The position numbers were made by a program, and so were the translations under genes. The notes beneath the pieces were generated by a model. It ran no database searches. It saw nothing but the letters and a program-made list of their open reading frames with translations, and was not told where the DNA came from. Below, piece by piece: positions 26,901-39,567 of a DNA stretch of 64,000 bases. Every line of letters starts with the position of its first letter. The first letter of the stretch is position 1. Source of the DNA: Blasia pusilla (taxonomy: Eukaryota); the NCBI GenBank assembly GCA_050084515.1, contig CM114271.1, positions 6,696,001 through 6,760,000 of the forward strand, read 5' to 3'.

Positions 26901-27965
26901 AACTCTCATGGGTCACGAGGACGCACCAATTAATCCTATCTTACAAGCTCTTGGACCTTGTAAAGATATTTCTTAAATAAAAAAAAGAAAGAAAGAAAGA
27001 AAGAAATATAAATATATATAAATATATAAATATAAATATATATTACTAAGTGTAGAATTAATATGTTGATGTCTTGACATAATAAGTTTTTTGTGTGTTA
27101 TGTTTTAATAGCGGATCCATAGGTTGCCTTCGATGAGGTGGGAAGATAGACTCATAAGGCCGAGGACATGTAAGGACTAAGGCCCCTAAGGATGAAGATG
27201 TGTAAATTCTAGGCTTCTCTCATATTCATCCTTGGGTTGAACTAACCTGAGGCCGACGCGGGGCAGTCCGAGCCCGAGCTGCAGGTTGCCGGGAGGACAA
27301 GAGCCAGTGTCGGGATGAGAGCCGAGGAAGCAAGCGGGGATGTGGGACGTGGGCAAGTGGGGAGTGAGGGGGGAGCAGCAGCAAGGGGCGAGGGCAAGCG
27401 GGGACGGGTATCAAGCTCAAGCCAAGGTGGTGTAGGACAAGTTGGGCTAAGGCTTGCTCGAGCGGGGAGCGAGCCGGGATGAGAGTGCAGTGAGGGTGAG
27501 CTGAGAGCAGGACAAGCAGTCAGGCGAGGCAGGATGAGGAGTCAGGAGAGGCAGGACGAACAGTCAGGTTAAGAGAGCTCAAGATTGAGCGCGGAGCGAG
27601 CTAGGATGCGACCCAAGGGAGCGAGCGGGGACGCGAGACGAGGGCGAGCGGGGAGCGAGGGGCAAGGTCAAGCAGGCAAGTGGGAAAGAGGATCGAGCTC
27701 AAGCAGAGGCGCTGTAGAATGATCTCAAGATCGAGCTCGAGCTCGAGCTGAGGCCCGATCGAGGGGGGAGCGAGCCGGAACAAGATCGGTGTGAGCGCGA
27801 GCCAGGAGCAGTCGGGTTGAGGGAGCAAAGATCGAGCGCGGAGTGAGGCGAGATGCAGGGAGCAAGCGGGGGCGCAAGACAAGAGCGAGCACGGATAGGG
27901 TGAGCATTTAGCCGCTCGAGCTTGAGCCGAGGCGCTGCAAGACGAGCTCAAGATCAAGCTCAAGC

Positions 27966-28066
27966 CGATCTTTGAGGGGACGAGAGTGAGCGAGCGGGTT
28001 GAGAGAGACGATCTTCAAGGGAACGAGAGCGAGCGGGTTGAGAGAGTCGATCTTCGAGGGGACGAG
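27966..28066. repeat. ~40-bp direct repeats (2.5 copies) at the end of a GAGCGAG-rich tract
   Basis: CGATCTT(T/C)(G/A)AGGG(G/A)ACGAG..GAGCGAGCGGGTTGAGAGAG repeated. Confidence 0.8.
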
Positions 28067-28083
28067 GGGTGAGGGAGGGGACG

Positions 28084-28310
<227 letters not shown>

Positions 28311-29557
28311 GAAGTGTAGAAAATAGATTGGCCAATGGTGGAGGTGTCATGAATGCAAGTATTTTAATTGTTATATTTATGGAATTCTCCAGCTCATTGA
28401 TCAACAATATTAATCACTCACTTCATTTTTGTTTTGCAACGCGCCACTAGCACAAAGCACTATGATCTCCTACAGAGGAATGTGCCTGCTTGGTGGAAGC
28501 AACGCAAGGCTGATAAGAAGAAGAAGTGTGCCCAAACGGCAAAGGCGGCTGCGCTTGATCGAGAGCGGTAGATGTACTGCAGCATAGGGAAGGTTCCCTG
28601 TTTCTCATCTTCTTGTTTGTTAGTTGAGTTGATTGAGCACTGCTTCCAAGATTTTGGTATAATCTGGTGGGATGCATTTTTTGATACTGCTCCCGACCAT
28701 GATATGCTCAAGAGCATTCAGTTTTGTCTAGTGGATGAGTGAGTGTGCCTGTGGTGTGACAAAGTTTACTCTAAAATTCTTGCTAAGCCACAACGTGATG
28801 GTGACTCGGAATTTAGTAGGGCTTGGTATCATCTTCAAGGGGTTGTAGCAACCCTTTGCGTGTGGATTAGGTCGAGACTATTTTACTCGGCTTTGTTCCT
28901 AGCATTGTCTTCCTCCACTTTGTATGGAGAGGAAGACCTAGAGGCCCTTCGTTCCAAGAGAGAGGCGCAAGTGAAAATGACTATGGACCACATCAAGAGT
29001 CAAGCACACCTTGCGACCTACAAGCACATGCAGACCGAGGAGTATTGGCAACCACTCGCCACAAGAGATTACCATGCATGGAAGAAGAGCAAGAAGGAGG
29101 AGGTCTTGGCGGGGTTCCATAAAAGAATAGTTGAGGCTCGCATGAAGAAGTACCCCGACACTTCAAAGGAGGAGGCCAAAGTGTAGGTAAAATTGATATT
29201 TTGTTGTGTGAATGTTTCCAATTTCCTTTTTTTTAATGTTATTGTTTATCCTATGATGGATGTGACCACTTGTTTCAGTGTTCGGACACTATGTAGCAAC
29301 TGTTTGGACAGGAATGTCACAGTTCTACATATGTTCTATGTCTACTAACATGGTGTAATGCTTGTCATATGTAGGGTGGTATAGATGAGGAGATCATTGA
29401 TACCTCAGATGACGAGGAGGAGACACAAGAAGGAAGTGTATCAAAAGATGTTGTGGATGCGGAGACTAAATGTTCATCAAGTATAGTGAAATGATTGTTC
29501 CAAATCATTCCCTTGCTGTATAGGGTAGGAGAACTAACATCCCTCCTTTGTCGTGTT

Positions 29558-30208
29558 TGTCGTGCGCATACATATTGCTACACAACATACATCGCTCGTC
29601 ACATCTACACCACACAACACCGATCTTCCCCACACACGGGTCGATCCACACATGTAAAAAAATCAACTCATACATATACATGGAGATCACACAACAAAAA
29701 TAAAGAGTAGTAAAAATGGCACACCCGACATAAAACTCCACTCCTCAATCTACATCGGCATATCGAGACTCGTCCACCTTGTGCTATCAAGGAATCCGGA
29801 CGCTAGCACCCTAGTCCTAGCTCACACACATACAAGGGAGGTGCTCCAACGGCCCAACATGAGAAAGATGGCTTAGGAAAGCCATCTTCCTCTCTTATAT
29901 AGGGTTGGGAAGAGCCAAAAGGCTCTTCCCCTAAAAAAAGTTGTCAGAAACAACGTTCCTGACACAATGAACCTATCCTCAAACTCATCCGACACCATGG
30001 GACAAAGTTACACTCAAGATAGTCCGTTGGCTCCTATGCCCTATCCACGATAGATCTCGGCCTATCGACTACTCAGATGTGACAGTTGTCGTGCGCATAC
30101 ATATCGCTACACAACATACATCACTCGTCACATCTACACCACACAACACCGATCTTCCCCACACACGTACAAAAATCAACTCATATATATACATGGAGAT
30201 CACACAAC
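29558..30208 (-). repeat. Element B 3' terminal block B1-AC-A2-B2
   Basis: On the + strand GTGACA-GT-TGTCGTG lies at 30079-30093, with the B segment duplicated on both sides of A2. Confidence 0.93.
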
Positions 30209-30287
30209 CGGGCCCCTAGGTGGTTGTTGGATCCCCCCAACTCCAGATAGAAAATATCACATCTCTCTGACACGACCTACTACCCTA

Positions 30288-31440
30288 TACACATCTCGGA
30301 CACATCCATCATCCCGTGGGAACCACATCAAGAGGGGGGGTCAGACATGACATATGCCACCCTCGAGAACAACCATCACATACCAACATGGTGGCTGTAG
30401 CCCTCGCAGATCCGCACAACATACACCTCAAGCCTGCAGGTACCACTGCCAAGCTCGGATCCACCGTCCCATCTACGTTCGGAAGATGACATGCTGCACA
30501 ATTGTGCACATGATCCTTCCAAACTATACCATCCCGTCCCTCCAACATGAGGACTCCGGTCGGTAATACCTTGCGCACACGTAGGATCGTGCGCCCTGTA
30601 GTGACATCTAGCGTCGTGGGTGCCGCTTGTTGTAAATACACGTAATCTCCAGGATGAAACCTCCTAATCCCTGGATGATAACCTCCTCCACGAATGGTCG
30701 CGTACCTCAATGTATCTCTATGCTGGGCAATAGCTAAGTTCTCAAAGGCCATAGGCATAACTCTACGAAAAACTTCTGCCCTCTGAAAACATGCTTGTAC
30801 CCACACATCTGGATCATCAAGATCTAACATCTCCGCCATGTCACGTCGAATCGTTGAAGGTAAATCTGGCTCTCTCCAAAAGAGCAAAAAGTACGGTGAA
30901 AATGACGCCAAGGATGCCTGCCGACTAAAGCGATAACCCATAGCCAACCATGGCAACTGTAGGTCCCACTACCTCAACTGTCCCCGCTGCAAGTCATACT
31001 TGCGCAATCCTCTCTTCATCGTCTGTACCACTCTCTCCGCCAACCCATCCGCCTCAGGATGATCTCTGGACGTGGTGCGGTGATCTATCAGCGCCTTATC
31101 ACACAAGGCCTGAAATTCTCCCCTAAACTTGGTACCCTGGTTAGTCAACACCTCCGCCGGTGCACCAAAGTGACTAAGCACACGATCTAGAAACGCATAA
31201 GTTGTTCCCTTGCTTGCCTTGTCTGGTAGTGCCACCAACTCTATCCACTTGGAGAAATGCTCCACCATGACCAACACGTACCTATGATGACGCCTTGTCA
31301 ATGGCAAAGGTCCCGCAAAGTCTAAACTCCACCGATAACCTAAACCCATAATCGGCAAAGGATGTAACTGCGGAGTGAGAGCATTGAAGGATACTCGCAC
31401 TCTGTCACATACCATACATCTGGCCACAAACTCACTAGTG
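30288..31440 (-). pseudogene. Element B integrase with C-terminal PHD finger
   Basis: [54 protein letters not shown]. The His pair of the HHCC region appears deleted near 31460. Confidence 0.9.
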
Positions 31441-31579
31441 TCCACCACTATAGTCATCACCTATGGTTGACCTGCCATAGTCAACCAACAAAGATAGGCA
31501 GATGCATGCCTGCCGAGCACCATCTCCTCATCACTCTCTCCGTGCCATCGAGCTCCTGTGTCATCTCTCTGACTCGGAC

Positions 31580-33020
31580 ATGGGTTACGACTCAACCCAT
31601 CCGCATCCTGGTTCAGCCGACCTGGCCTATGAACCACCTCAAACTCATACTCCTGTAGTAACAGAGCCCACTTGGCAAGCTTTCCCATAAGCTTGTCGGA
31701 CTCCATCAACCACCTCAACGGCTGATGATCAATGATAAGTGTGAAAGGGTTGCCGAATAAATAGCACCTAAAATATGCCACGGTCCACACTGCAGCCAAG
31801 CACTCTCCCTTGCAGGAGTTGTACTTTGCCTTTGCAATGTTGTTCGATCAGCTTGCGCAAGCCACAATGAACTCCCTCTTCTCGTCATCCCTCTGAGTAA
31901 GCACTGCTCCTAGACCCAACATGCTCCAATCCGTATGTAACTGGAATGGGCGACCCCTAACCGGTCTCTGTAAAATGGGTGAGGACGTCAACCTGTCCTT
32001 GAGCTCCTGAAATGCTTGCTCCTGATCATCTCCCCACAACCACACCTGATCAGGTCTCGTCAACAAGGTCAAAGACTTTGCGATCGCACTAAAATCCTTG
32101 ACATATCGTCGATAGAAGTTTGCCAGTCCAAGAAATGCTTGGAATCGACTTACATCTGTAGGGCGTGGAATATGCGCAATAGCCTTTACCTTCGTCTGCT
32201 GAACGCCTAACCCACTCGGGTATATGGTGTGTCCCAAGTACTCAATCTGCTCCTGAAAGAATCTGCACTTGCCTGGATGTAACTTCGGTCCATGTAACTG
32301 CAATCGCCGAAACACCTCCTCCAAGTGTCGCTCATGCTCCTCAACCGTGGAACTGAAGATAAGAATATCATCTATGTAACATCGCACAAAATCCAAGCCA
32401 GCCAGAATCCTATCCATCACTGAACTCTGCAGCGCATTCTTCAACCCAAATGGTAAGAACCGCCATCGATACAAGCAATCTCTCCCGAACCGATCTATCC
32501 CCCCGAATGCTGTCTTCTCCCTGTCTTCCAACCTGATAGGAAGCTGATAATAGCCAGCATGGAGATCTAAAGTATTGAAGATCTTTGCATGCCCTACCGC
32601 ATCAAAGATCTCCTCTGGAGTAGGCATGGTGTACTGATCTGACCTCGTCTGTCGGTTGATAGGACGGTAATCTCCACCCATCCGCCTATCTGTCCAATTA
32701 CCATACATATCCTTCTTCGCCGGCATGACTATGGCAGATGCATACTCCCCATGTGATAACTCCACAAGTCCTGCCTCCAACAAGTCTTGACTCCTGCTCT
32801 GAATCAAGGCTCGCTCCATATCAGAATACCTGTAGTGTCGACGAAAGATCGGCGTATCACTAGCCAACTCAATTCGTATCCCGGGACCCTTCAGCGTACC
32901 CAAGTCTCTCATACTCAAGGCAAAACAACTGACATGCCCTTTCAGAAACCTATGAACTCGCCATCGCTCTCCTCCTATCAACTTGAGACCTATCACAGGC
33001 TCCCAAGTCTCCATCATGAC
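31580..33020 (-). pseudogene. Element B reverse transcriptase and RNase H
   Basis: 396-aa ORF 31848-33038 with DYRPIN, LPFGLKNA, CYIDDILIF, FLGLANFYRR, FQLHTDWS. Confidence 0.95.
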
Positions 33021-33329
33021 CTCACTCGGAGAGGACACAACCTCCGGCTTTGGTTGCTATGTAGCAATCCTAGCCACCTCCGCAACAGCCACTCCACTAT
33101 GACCTCCTACACCATGCTCCACATCCAAAAAATGAACATGTGCTACTCTAGCCGCCAGCACTTTACTCTGCTCGAGAACGACGCCCCAGAAGTCCATGGG
33201 TGCCTATCTCTCCTCGTCTCGCCCCACCAATGCCTCAGACCCGTAGAGGGCAATGGTCCAACTCGTGGGCGTGACGGCATGGATGACACTCGCATCCGTC
33301 TCTCCCGCCAGCCATACCTAGGCCGACTA

Positions 33330-34270
33330 TCCATGTGAGATAGTTGAGGTCCATGGCGCCTTAACACTGTCTCCGGGATGCCTCGGTCATCCCTCGCACC
33401 GCCGTAGTACCGGTAGTGAATCCATGGGCGCTCGCGCATCATCTGCTGAGGCTCCTCCAATGCTCCGGTCACCTCATCCCAAATCATGCCTGGCCCTCCC
33501 TGACGAAAGGCATGGGATGCTGGGAAGCTCACCAACGTAGGTAAGGCTGCCCTCAACTCCCCCACCCTATTGGCCATGTCCAACGGTGGTCTATCATCCC
33601 GTGTCACCACTTGAGATCGACGCCTTGAGCCCAAAATAGCATCCACTGTGAGATGTGGTGCTCTCTGGACTCCACCGTATGCTTGACTCAGTTCCTCTGA
33701 TGGTATTAGGTTGGTCCACCACAGTCGTGGACGATGGGCACGTGACCCAACTCTCGCTGCATCTAACAACACAGCAGGTCCCAACCAGGACCTCACCTGA
33801 TGTACACTCGCCATCACACGTGCACGAGTGTCTCCCAATAACGGCACGTTCTCCAAAATGTACGCTGCAGAACATATTTGACTCTCCTGCAAGTGTCGTA
33901 CTACTCGCAGCATCTCCCAAAACATCCTTGACCTCGGATTGTGCAATCCAAATCCTCGGCCAGCTGATGAATGACCCTGATATGGCCATCCAGAAATAAT
34001 CAAATGAATGGTGCCAACTCAATCCAGATCCTGCGCCCCCACCAAAGAGATGTCGGCGGGTAGCGTATGCTGATATCCCCGTACTGCAGATACCGGCAAC
34101 AACTCAGGATACCTCTAGAACAATCTTGCCACGTGACGTAATGATACTGGCCATGCGGTCTCATCTCTCTCCACATAAAGGTACTGATACACCCGTATGC
34201 TTGCCTGCAATAGTGCAGCCAATCCGGTGCTAATCCCTCCGAAGAGATCTAACACCCTAACACCCTTCTC
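33330..34270 (-). pseudogene. Element B DNMT3-like C5 cytosine methyltransferase domain
   Basis: VRVLDLFGGISTGLAALL..YLYVE; IISGWPYQG (catalytic Cys mutated, TGT to TAT); PRSRMFWEMLR; YILENV; GSRAHRPRLWWTNL; EEP. Confidence 0.9.
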
Positions 34271-34599
34271 TGGGCCTTGCAACACAAGAGGTGTGATATC
34301 CAGTGGGGTCAACATCTCCACTCTAAGAGCCCGATCGCCACGGGACTCTCCCTGCTCTGGGACAAAAACATGACTCCACGCCTGCCTCACGAGGTCGTCG
34401 GCACTCCTATGTAGCTCCCGAGTCGTACCCCACAATGGTGAAGAGGCCTCGCCAACATGGGAAGAGACACCCGCCATGGCGTGTCTCTCCGTGGGACTAT
34501 CCGCTGCTGGGACATCCTCCGCATGTGCGTTCCCCTCCAGCAACTCTCCTGGCCAACTAACACTACCTGTGAAAGCTGCCAACGTGGTCATAGACTCGC

Positions 34600-35122
34600 C
34601 TCGTGATCGACCACCTCATCCCGCAAACTACATGGGTAACTGACTCATCCGGCCGTCACCTGACCGCCATCCTGGCCGATAAGTCTAAACGGTCTCCTCC
34701 CAGAAGTCAAGGATGAATCCTAGGGGATATAACACTGTACTCCCCACCAACACATCGTACGACTCAGCTGGTGTCGTAATCGCATGTGTGCGCACCATAG
34801 CACTATCCGTCGCATGCTCTGGCTGGATTCTGACAACAATCTCCTGTCGAGTCATATACTGAGTGGGTCATACGCCCCCAATCGAGGTCTGTATCTGGAA
34901 GGGACAAGGCTCAATGTCGGCCTTCCATAACCCCCACGCTAAACACGCCGCCTTCCCTAACATCAAGGGTTGCGCTTCTGAATCAAGTAGGACGCGCTGC
35001 GGGTGGTATACTGTCCCCGTCGGACTAACCAAGCGAAATACTCCAGCTCGGTTATCCAGTAACATTACTCCAGGTGTCACCACTGCTCGCTCTATGGCCG
35101 GTCGAGCTGGCATATCTACCAA
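34600..35122 (-). pseudogene. Element B aspartic protease
   Basis: RVLLDSEAQPLMLG (DSG changed to DSE) and YDVLVG; colinear with element A. Confidence 0.8.
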
Positions 35123-35749
35123 CTTTGCCGCTGCCGCATGCCATGACTATGTGGGGAACGTCCCAAGCACCGGCTCTGAGGGCAAGTCCACCACCTCTTC
35201 AACTACCTCTGAACAAGAAGCAATCATCTCTCCACGCTCACACAACGTGGTGGCCAACCGGAACACCTCAGTTGGTCCAACTCCCAACGTCGCCAACTCT
35301 ATGGCCGAAAATAGTGGAGTCTGACTCACTCTGGTGGCCACCTCCAACACTATGGTCGACACTGACTCCACTCGAGCGGGCATAGGAGTTGTCACTCCAA
35401 CTCCTCGTGACGTCGACGTAGGTGCCTGAACTGTAGGCACCGCTGGTTGTCGAGCCACCATCGATGGTGTGTGTAGTGCCTCCGACAATGTGAATGACTG
35501 TGGAACCCTGGCCTGCCGCCCATCGGTCCCCTCTGGTGGGTCAATCTCAACTCCACCTCTCGATGGCTTGGTGCCTCTCGCAGCACCCCGAGTCACCACT
35601 GCAGCTGCCTCAACCTGGGCTGCACTACACATAAATCCCATACAGGCGAGATCCTCACCTGGGTCGGGGTAAGAGGTAGAAGCCGAGTCACACTAGCCGC
35701 TCGCGACTCCGTGCCTTCCCTAAGCTGCATCATCGTCATGGCAGCAATC

Positions 35750-37126
35750 CTCTACTCCAACTGATCGATGCGTGAGAGAAGTGCCGGCTCTGGTGCTCCT
35801 GCTCCATCTCCTCTGGCTGGTGGTGGTCCTCTACCACCATTTCTAAGAAGAACTCCCCGACCTCCTCCAGGATGACCGCCCCCAGGCCCTCGGCCTACCT
35901 CTGGACGTGCCCCTCGGCGAAGGTCAAAACAGCCATCCCTAGTGTAACCATATCTGTGGCAATGGTCACACTGGTGTTGTGGTGGGGCCATCCTCTGTGG
36001 CTCCTGAGCAATCGGAGGCACTGGTGGTCCTCTCCCATGCTGTGGGCAGTCTCTCTGCCTATGGGCCCCTCCACACGTCCAACAAGACCACATCGGTCCC
36101 TGCTGGGCAACATATGTAGGTACGGGTCATTGCCTCATAGGCTCACGATACCCGCCCTGCTCTCTAGGCACACTCGCCCGCTCTCGTGGTACTGGTGCTC
36201 GCTGTGGCACCTGTGGGGTCACCGTCGCTCGTGGACCCATCGATTCTTGAGAAAATCCAGGGGTCACTACTTGCTCCTCACTCATGTTGAGCTCAATACG
36301 CTCAAACAACTCAAAGACCACCTTCAATGTGGGCTTCGCTGTGTGAATCAGCACCGCATCTCGGACTCTCCTCTGTAGTTCTCGGTCCAGAACCCCGTAC
36401 CAATAGTGGACTGACTGCGCCTCAGTCACTCCAAACGTAGCAATGATCAGCCTCCTCATGTGTGTGAATGCCTCTCTCAGACTCTCTCCTGATCGTCGCT
36501 GAAAATCTCAGACTCTTGACTTGTCGGTAAATGCGTGACGCCTGGTAGCTCTTCCCCAACTGTCGAAAGAACTCCATAGTGGGGTTGAAGCTAGGTGGCC
36601 CTCTACCACCAGAGGTCTCTGCCACATCGCCTGTCTCACTGCCCTCCTCTCCATCTAGTCTCCGGGATGATGGTGTGGATCTCTCTCCTCTCACAATCCC
36701 ATCATATGCCTCGCGACCACTAGTGGACACATACCCTGGAGCCCAATACATCCTCCAAGCATCGATCTCTACTGAATATAGTGATCAAAACTCCATGTAG
36801 TCATCCATCGGAGGACCCTCCAAGTGCTGGAACAACCCCTTCCATGCCATGAAAGGATTAAACCGTGTCAGGGTCTGTATCTCCTGGAAGTCGCACCATG
36901 TGTCGAACTCATGGATAAAATCATCTAAGTCGATGGTGCCCACTGCACCCGAGAAACGACGCATGCCCGGATGGCCCATGTCAACCATCTCCTGCCAAGT
37001 ACTACTGTCTCTGTCTGTGATCTCGTCACCAGACCCAATGTCCAGTGATGACGATCCAGCCACGGATGGATGTCGAAGGAGCTCCTCACTGGTAACCCCT
37101 CGGTATCTCACTCCACTCTGTGTCAC
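35750..37126 (-). pseudogene. Element B gag
   Basis: RFSGAVGTIDLDDF..FQHLEGPPMDDY; knuckles CWTCGGAHRQRDC and CDHCHRYGYTRDGC. Confidence 0.8.
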
Positions 37127-38169
37127 ACCACTACTACTACACGCACTACCCCGTTCTTCGGAACCCTGGAAGAACGCCGTGATGAAAAATCCTGTCTCAC
37201 CCGCTCAAGCACTCAGACTTACCGAGAGTCTCCTACACGCCTCACTATCTCACCTATGCTAACATCAATCCTGTGATAACATACCCGGCCTCACGCACGC
37301 TCAACACTCAGGCTCACCATGAGCCTCCCAACTGACTCACCTAACCTAGCGACACTCTCTCGGGTCATACACGCGACCCCTACTCGGCAACCGCCGTATA
37401 TCCACCAACATGCTACACATGAAAAGAATCTACACTCATCACCATCACTGCACCCATCTAGCACCAGCTAGTACCCGATACCCAGCACTCTCAATCACAC
37501 ACGACAAGTGTGGGAAAAGGGACTCGAATGGGTAACCTCATCACGCCCTCCAACCTACTGCATCGTCAACATGCACTCCTCCACATGATATGACAATCTC
37601 CGCAACACAACACTCTCCTGGACCAACACGTTGATCCTCCCGTCAACAGATGCGGAAAACCCGTCGGCTTCATGCACACTGCCCCTCCATCGTCAACTCT
37701 CGCAATGCCTTGTCGCGTCCCAAACATCATGTCAGGCACGCTGTCCAACTATGTCGGTCACTCACAACGTCAAAATAAATGGGGAGGGGGCGCGCACTCT
37801 ATCGCGCGCCCCATCTCGGGAGGGGTGCGCCGCCGCCGCCCGCCGCCTGCCCCGCCTATCGCTGTCGCCGCCGCCGCCGCGTCGGCCCCATCGCCCGTCA
37901 GATCTCTTTTCTTCTCTCTCTCGACATCCTCACTCGCGTACACCCGACGCTCCACCACACACTACACTCGGCTGTTGTCCCGCGTCAGTCCGTACCAGCA
38001 AAATCTGAGAAAAACGGACAGCGCTTCCGCCCACGGCCTTCTAAACAGAAAAATGAAAAACACCCGCAACACACGCATCTCCTGGGGCTCCCGACCAAGG
38101 CAACTCGCTTGCCTACCTGCAAACAACGAATTCCCACCACCCCCTTGACATTTTTCTCATGTGAAAATT

Positions 38170-38641
38170 AAGAGTAGTAAAAACGGCACACCTGGCCTAA
38201 AACTCCACTCCTCAATCTACATCGGCATATCGAGCCTCGTCCACCCTGTGCTATCAAGGAATCCGGACGCTAGCACCCTAGTCCTAGCTCACACACATAC
38301 AAGGGAGGTGCTCCAACGTTCAACATGAGAAAGATGGCTTAGGAAAGCCATCTTCCTCTCTTATATAGGGTTGGGAAGAGCCAAAAGGCTCTTCCCCTAA
38401 AAATAGCCCTCCCCTTGGTAACCTGCGTGCACAGTTTACCAGGGGCGGGTGACCTGGTCAACAAGTCACCCGATTGTAAAAGACCACAACATAAAAGTTG
38501 TCAGAAACAACGTTCCTGACACAATGAATCTATCCTCAACCTCATCTGACACCGTGGGACAAAGTTACACTCAAGATTGTCCGCTGGCTCCTACGCCCTA
38601 TCCACGATAGATCTCTGCCTATCAGCTTCTCAGATGTGACA
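38170..38641 (-). repeat. Element B 5' repeat A1 (U3/promoter-like, TATA flanked by hairpins)
   Basis: Near-identical to 29703-30084 apart from a ~90-bp indel; minus-strand CCCTATATAAG at ~38360-38370. Confidence 0.9.
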
Positions 38642-39567
38642 TGGAATCTGCCTTTCAATCAGCAAAGAGGCAAAGGAGGGTAGCCAAGAAGGAAGACACG
38701 GAGAAGAAGGCTGTAGAGACATGGGCGGCACAAGAAAGATCAGCCATGGAGAAGGCATTGGATGAGATGAGAGCAGAGAAGGCCGCCTTGGAGGAAGAAT
38801 TACAAAAATTCAAGGCAAATGCAACCATCATGGAGGAGGCGACGACTGAGAAATAATCCATGGAAGCAACCATGGAGTCTACAGCGGTTGCAGAGGATGT
38901 ACCCCGTGCACATGAACCCCCTATTCCTGAACCTCATACTCTTGAGCCAATTGCAGCAGCGCCTAAGGAGCGTGTGGTTCTTCCAAAGGCACCGGTGATG
39001 CCTCGTAGTAGGGCTAAGACCAAGGCACCTAGAAAGGTGAGAATCGGTCTTGCTATGTTAGAACTTTGTTTTCTATGTCTATGTCACTCTTGCCTCACAG
39101 GTGACGACCTGTATGTGTTGCTCTTGCAGGCATGAGGGTTGTGATGAAGACTATTGTAGGAAGGAGCAGTGGGAACAGCCGAGATACCTAGTGTAAATAT
39201 CTAGCTCCTTACTTTGTTATTAATTTCCATGTTTGAATATGCCTTCCTATGGTTGCTTCATTTCCTTTCTTCACACTTTGGTTCCTTTCCTTATACAGGC
39301 TGGTTGGAGTTAGGGACCACGTTGGAGCAAATCCTAGATATGACATTTTGTAGTGGGTCTAGAAGTTCCAAAGCATAAAGTACAACTTTCATCAAGAGCG
39401 TAGCTCGCTGGTAGCAACATTCTTTCTCATTAGCTACTTGGCAGCACCTGTCTTAACTTCTATTACATTAAATATATAAAGCTCCTTTTTTGTGTCACAC
39501 TTTCACTCCAGATGCTTTTTTTCTGAGCTTACAATATCGTGTCACTTGTAAACTTTAGAAAACTTAC

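Larger units (their letters stand above)
29558..38641 (-). mobile_element. Element B: DNMT3/PHD-carrying Gypsy-type retrotransposon with complete split direct repeats A1-internal-B1-AC-A2-B2
   Basis: A1 38170-38641 matches A2 29703-30084; B1 30087-30208 matches B2 29558-29695. Ends are TGTCAC and CACGACA. All pol domains are present. No clean TSD (TGTT vs TGGA). Confidence 0.92.
28330..39480 (+). pseudogene. Unknown intron-containing, charged/coiled-coil ORF interrupted by element B; probable partner gene of the MULE
   Basis: ORF 28743-29186, an acidic exon-like piece at ~29376-29470, and a coding-like continuation after element B (ESAFQSAKRQRR..., 38642-39035) with GT/AG signals. Convergent with the MULE transposase. 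Confidence 0.45.

Noticed and set aside
29558-38641. DIRS/Ngaro tyrosine-recombinase element
   Set aside because: The repeat topology fits, but the element encodes an aspartic protease and a DDE integrase and has TG...CA ends. No tyrosine recombinase motifs were seen, and the methylase is C5-type (PCQ/ENV) rather than the adenine-methylase-like domain of DIRS.
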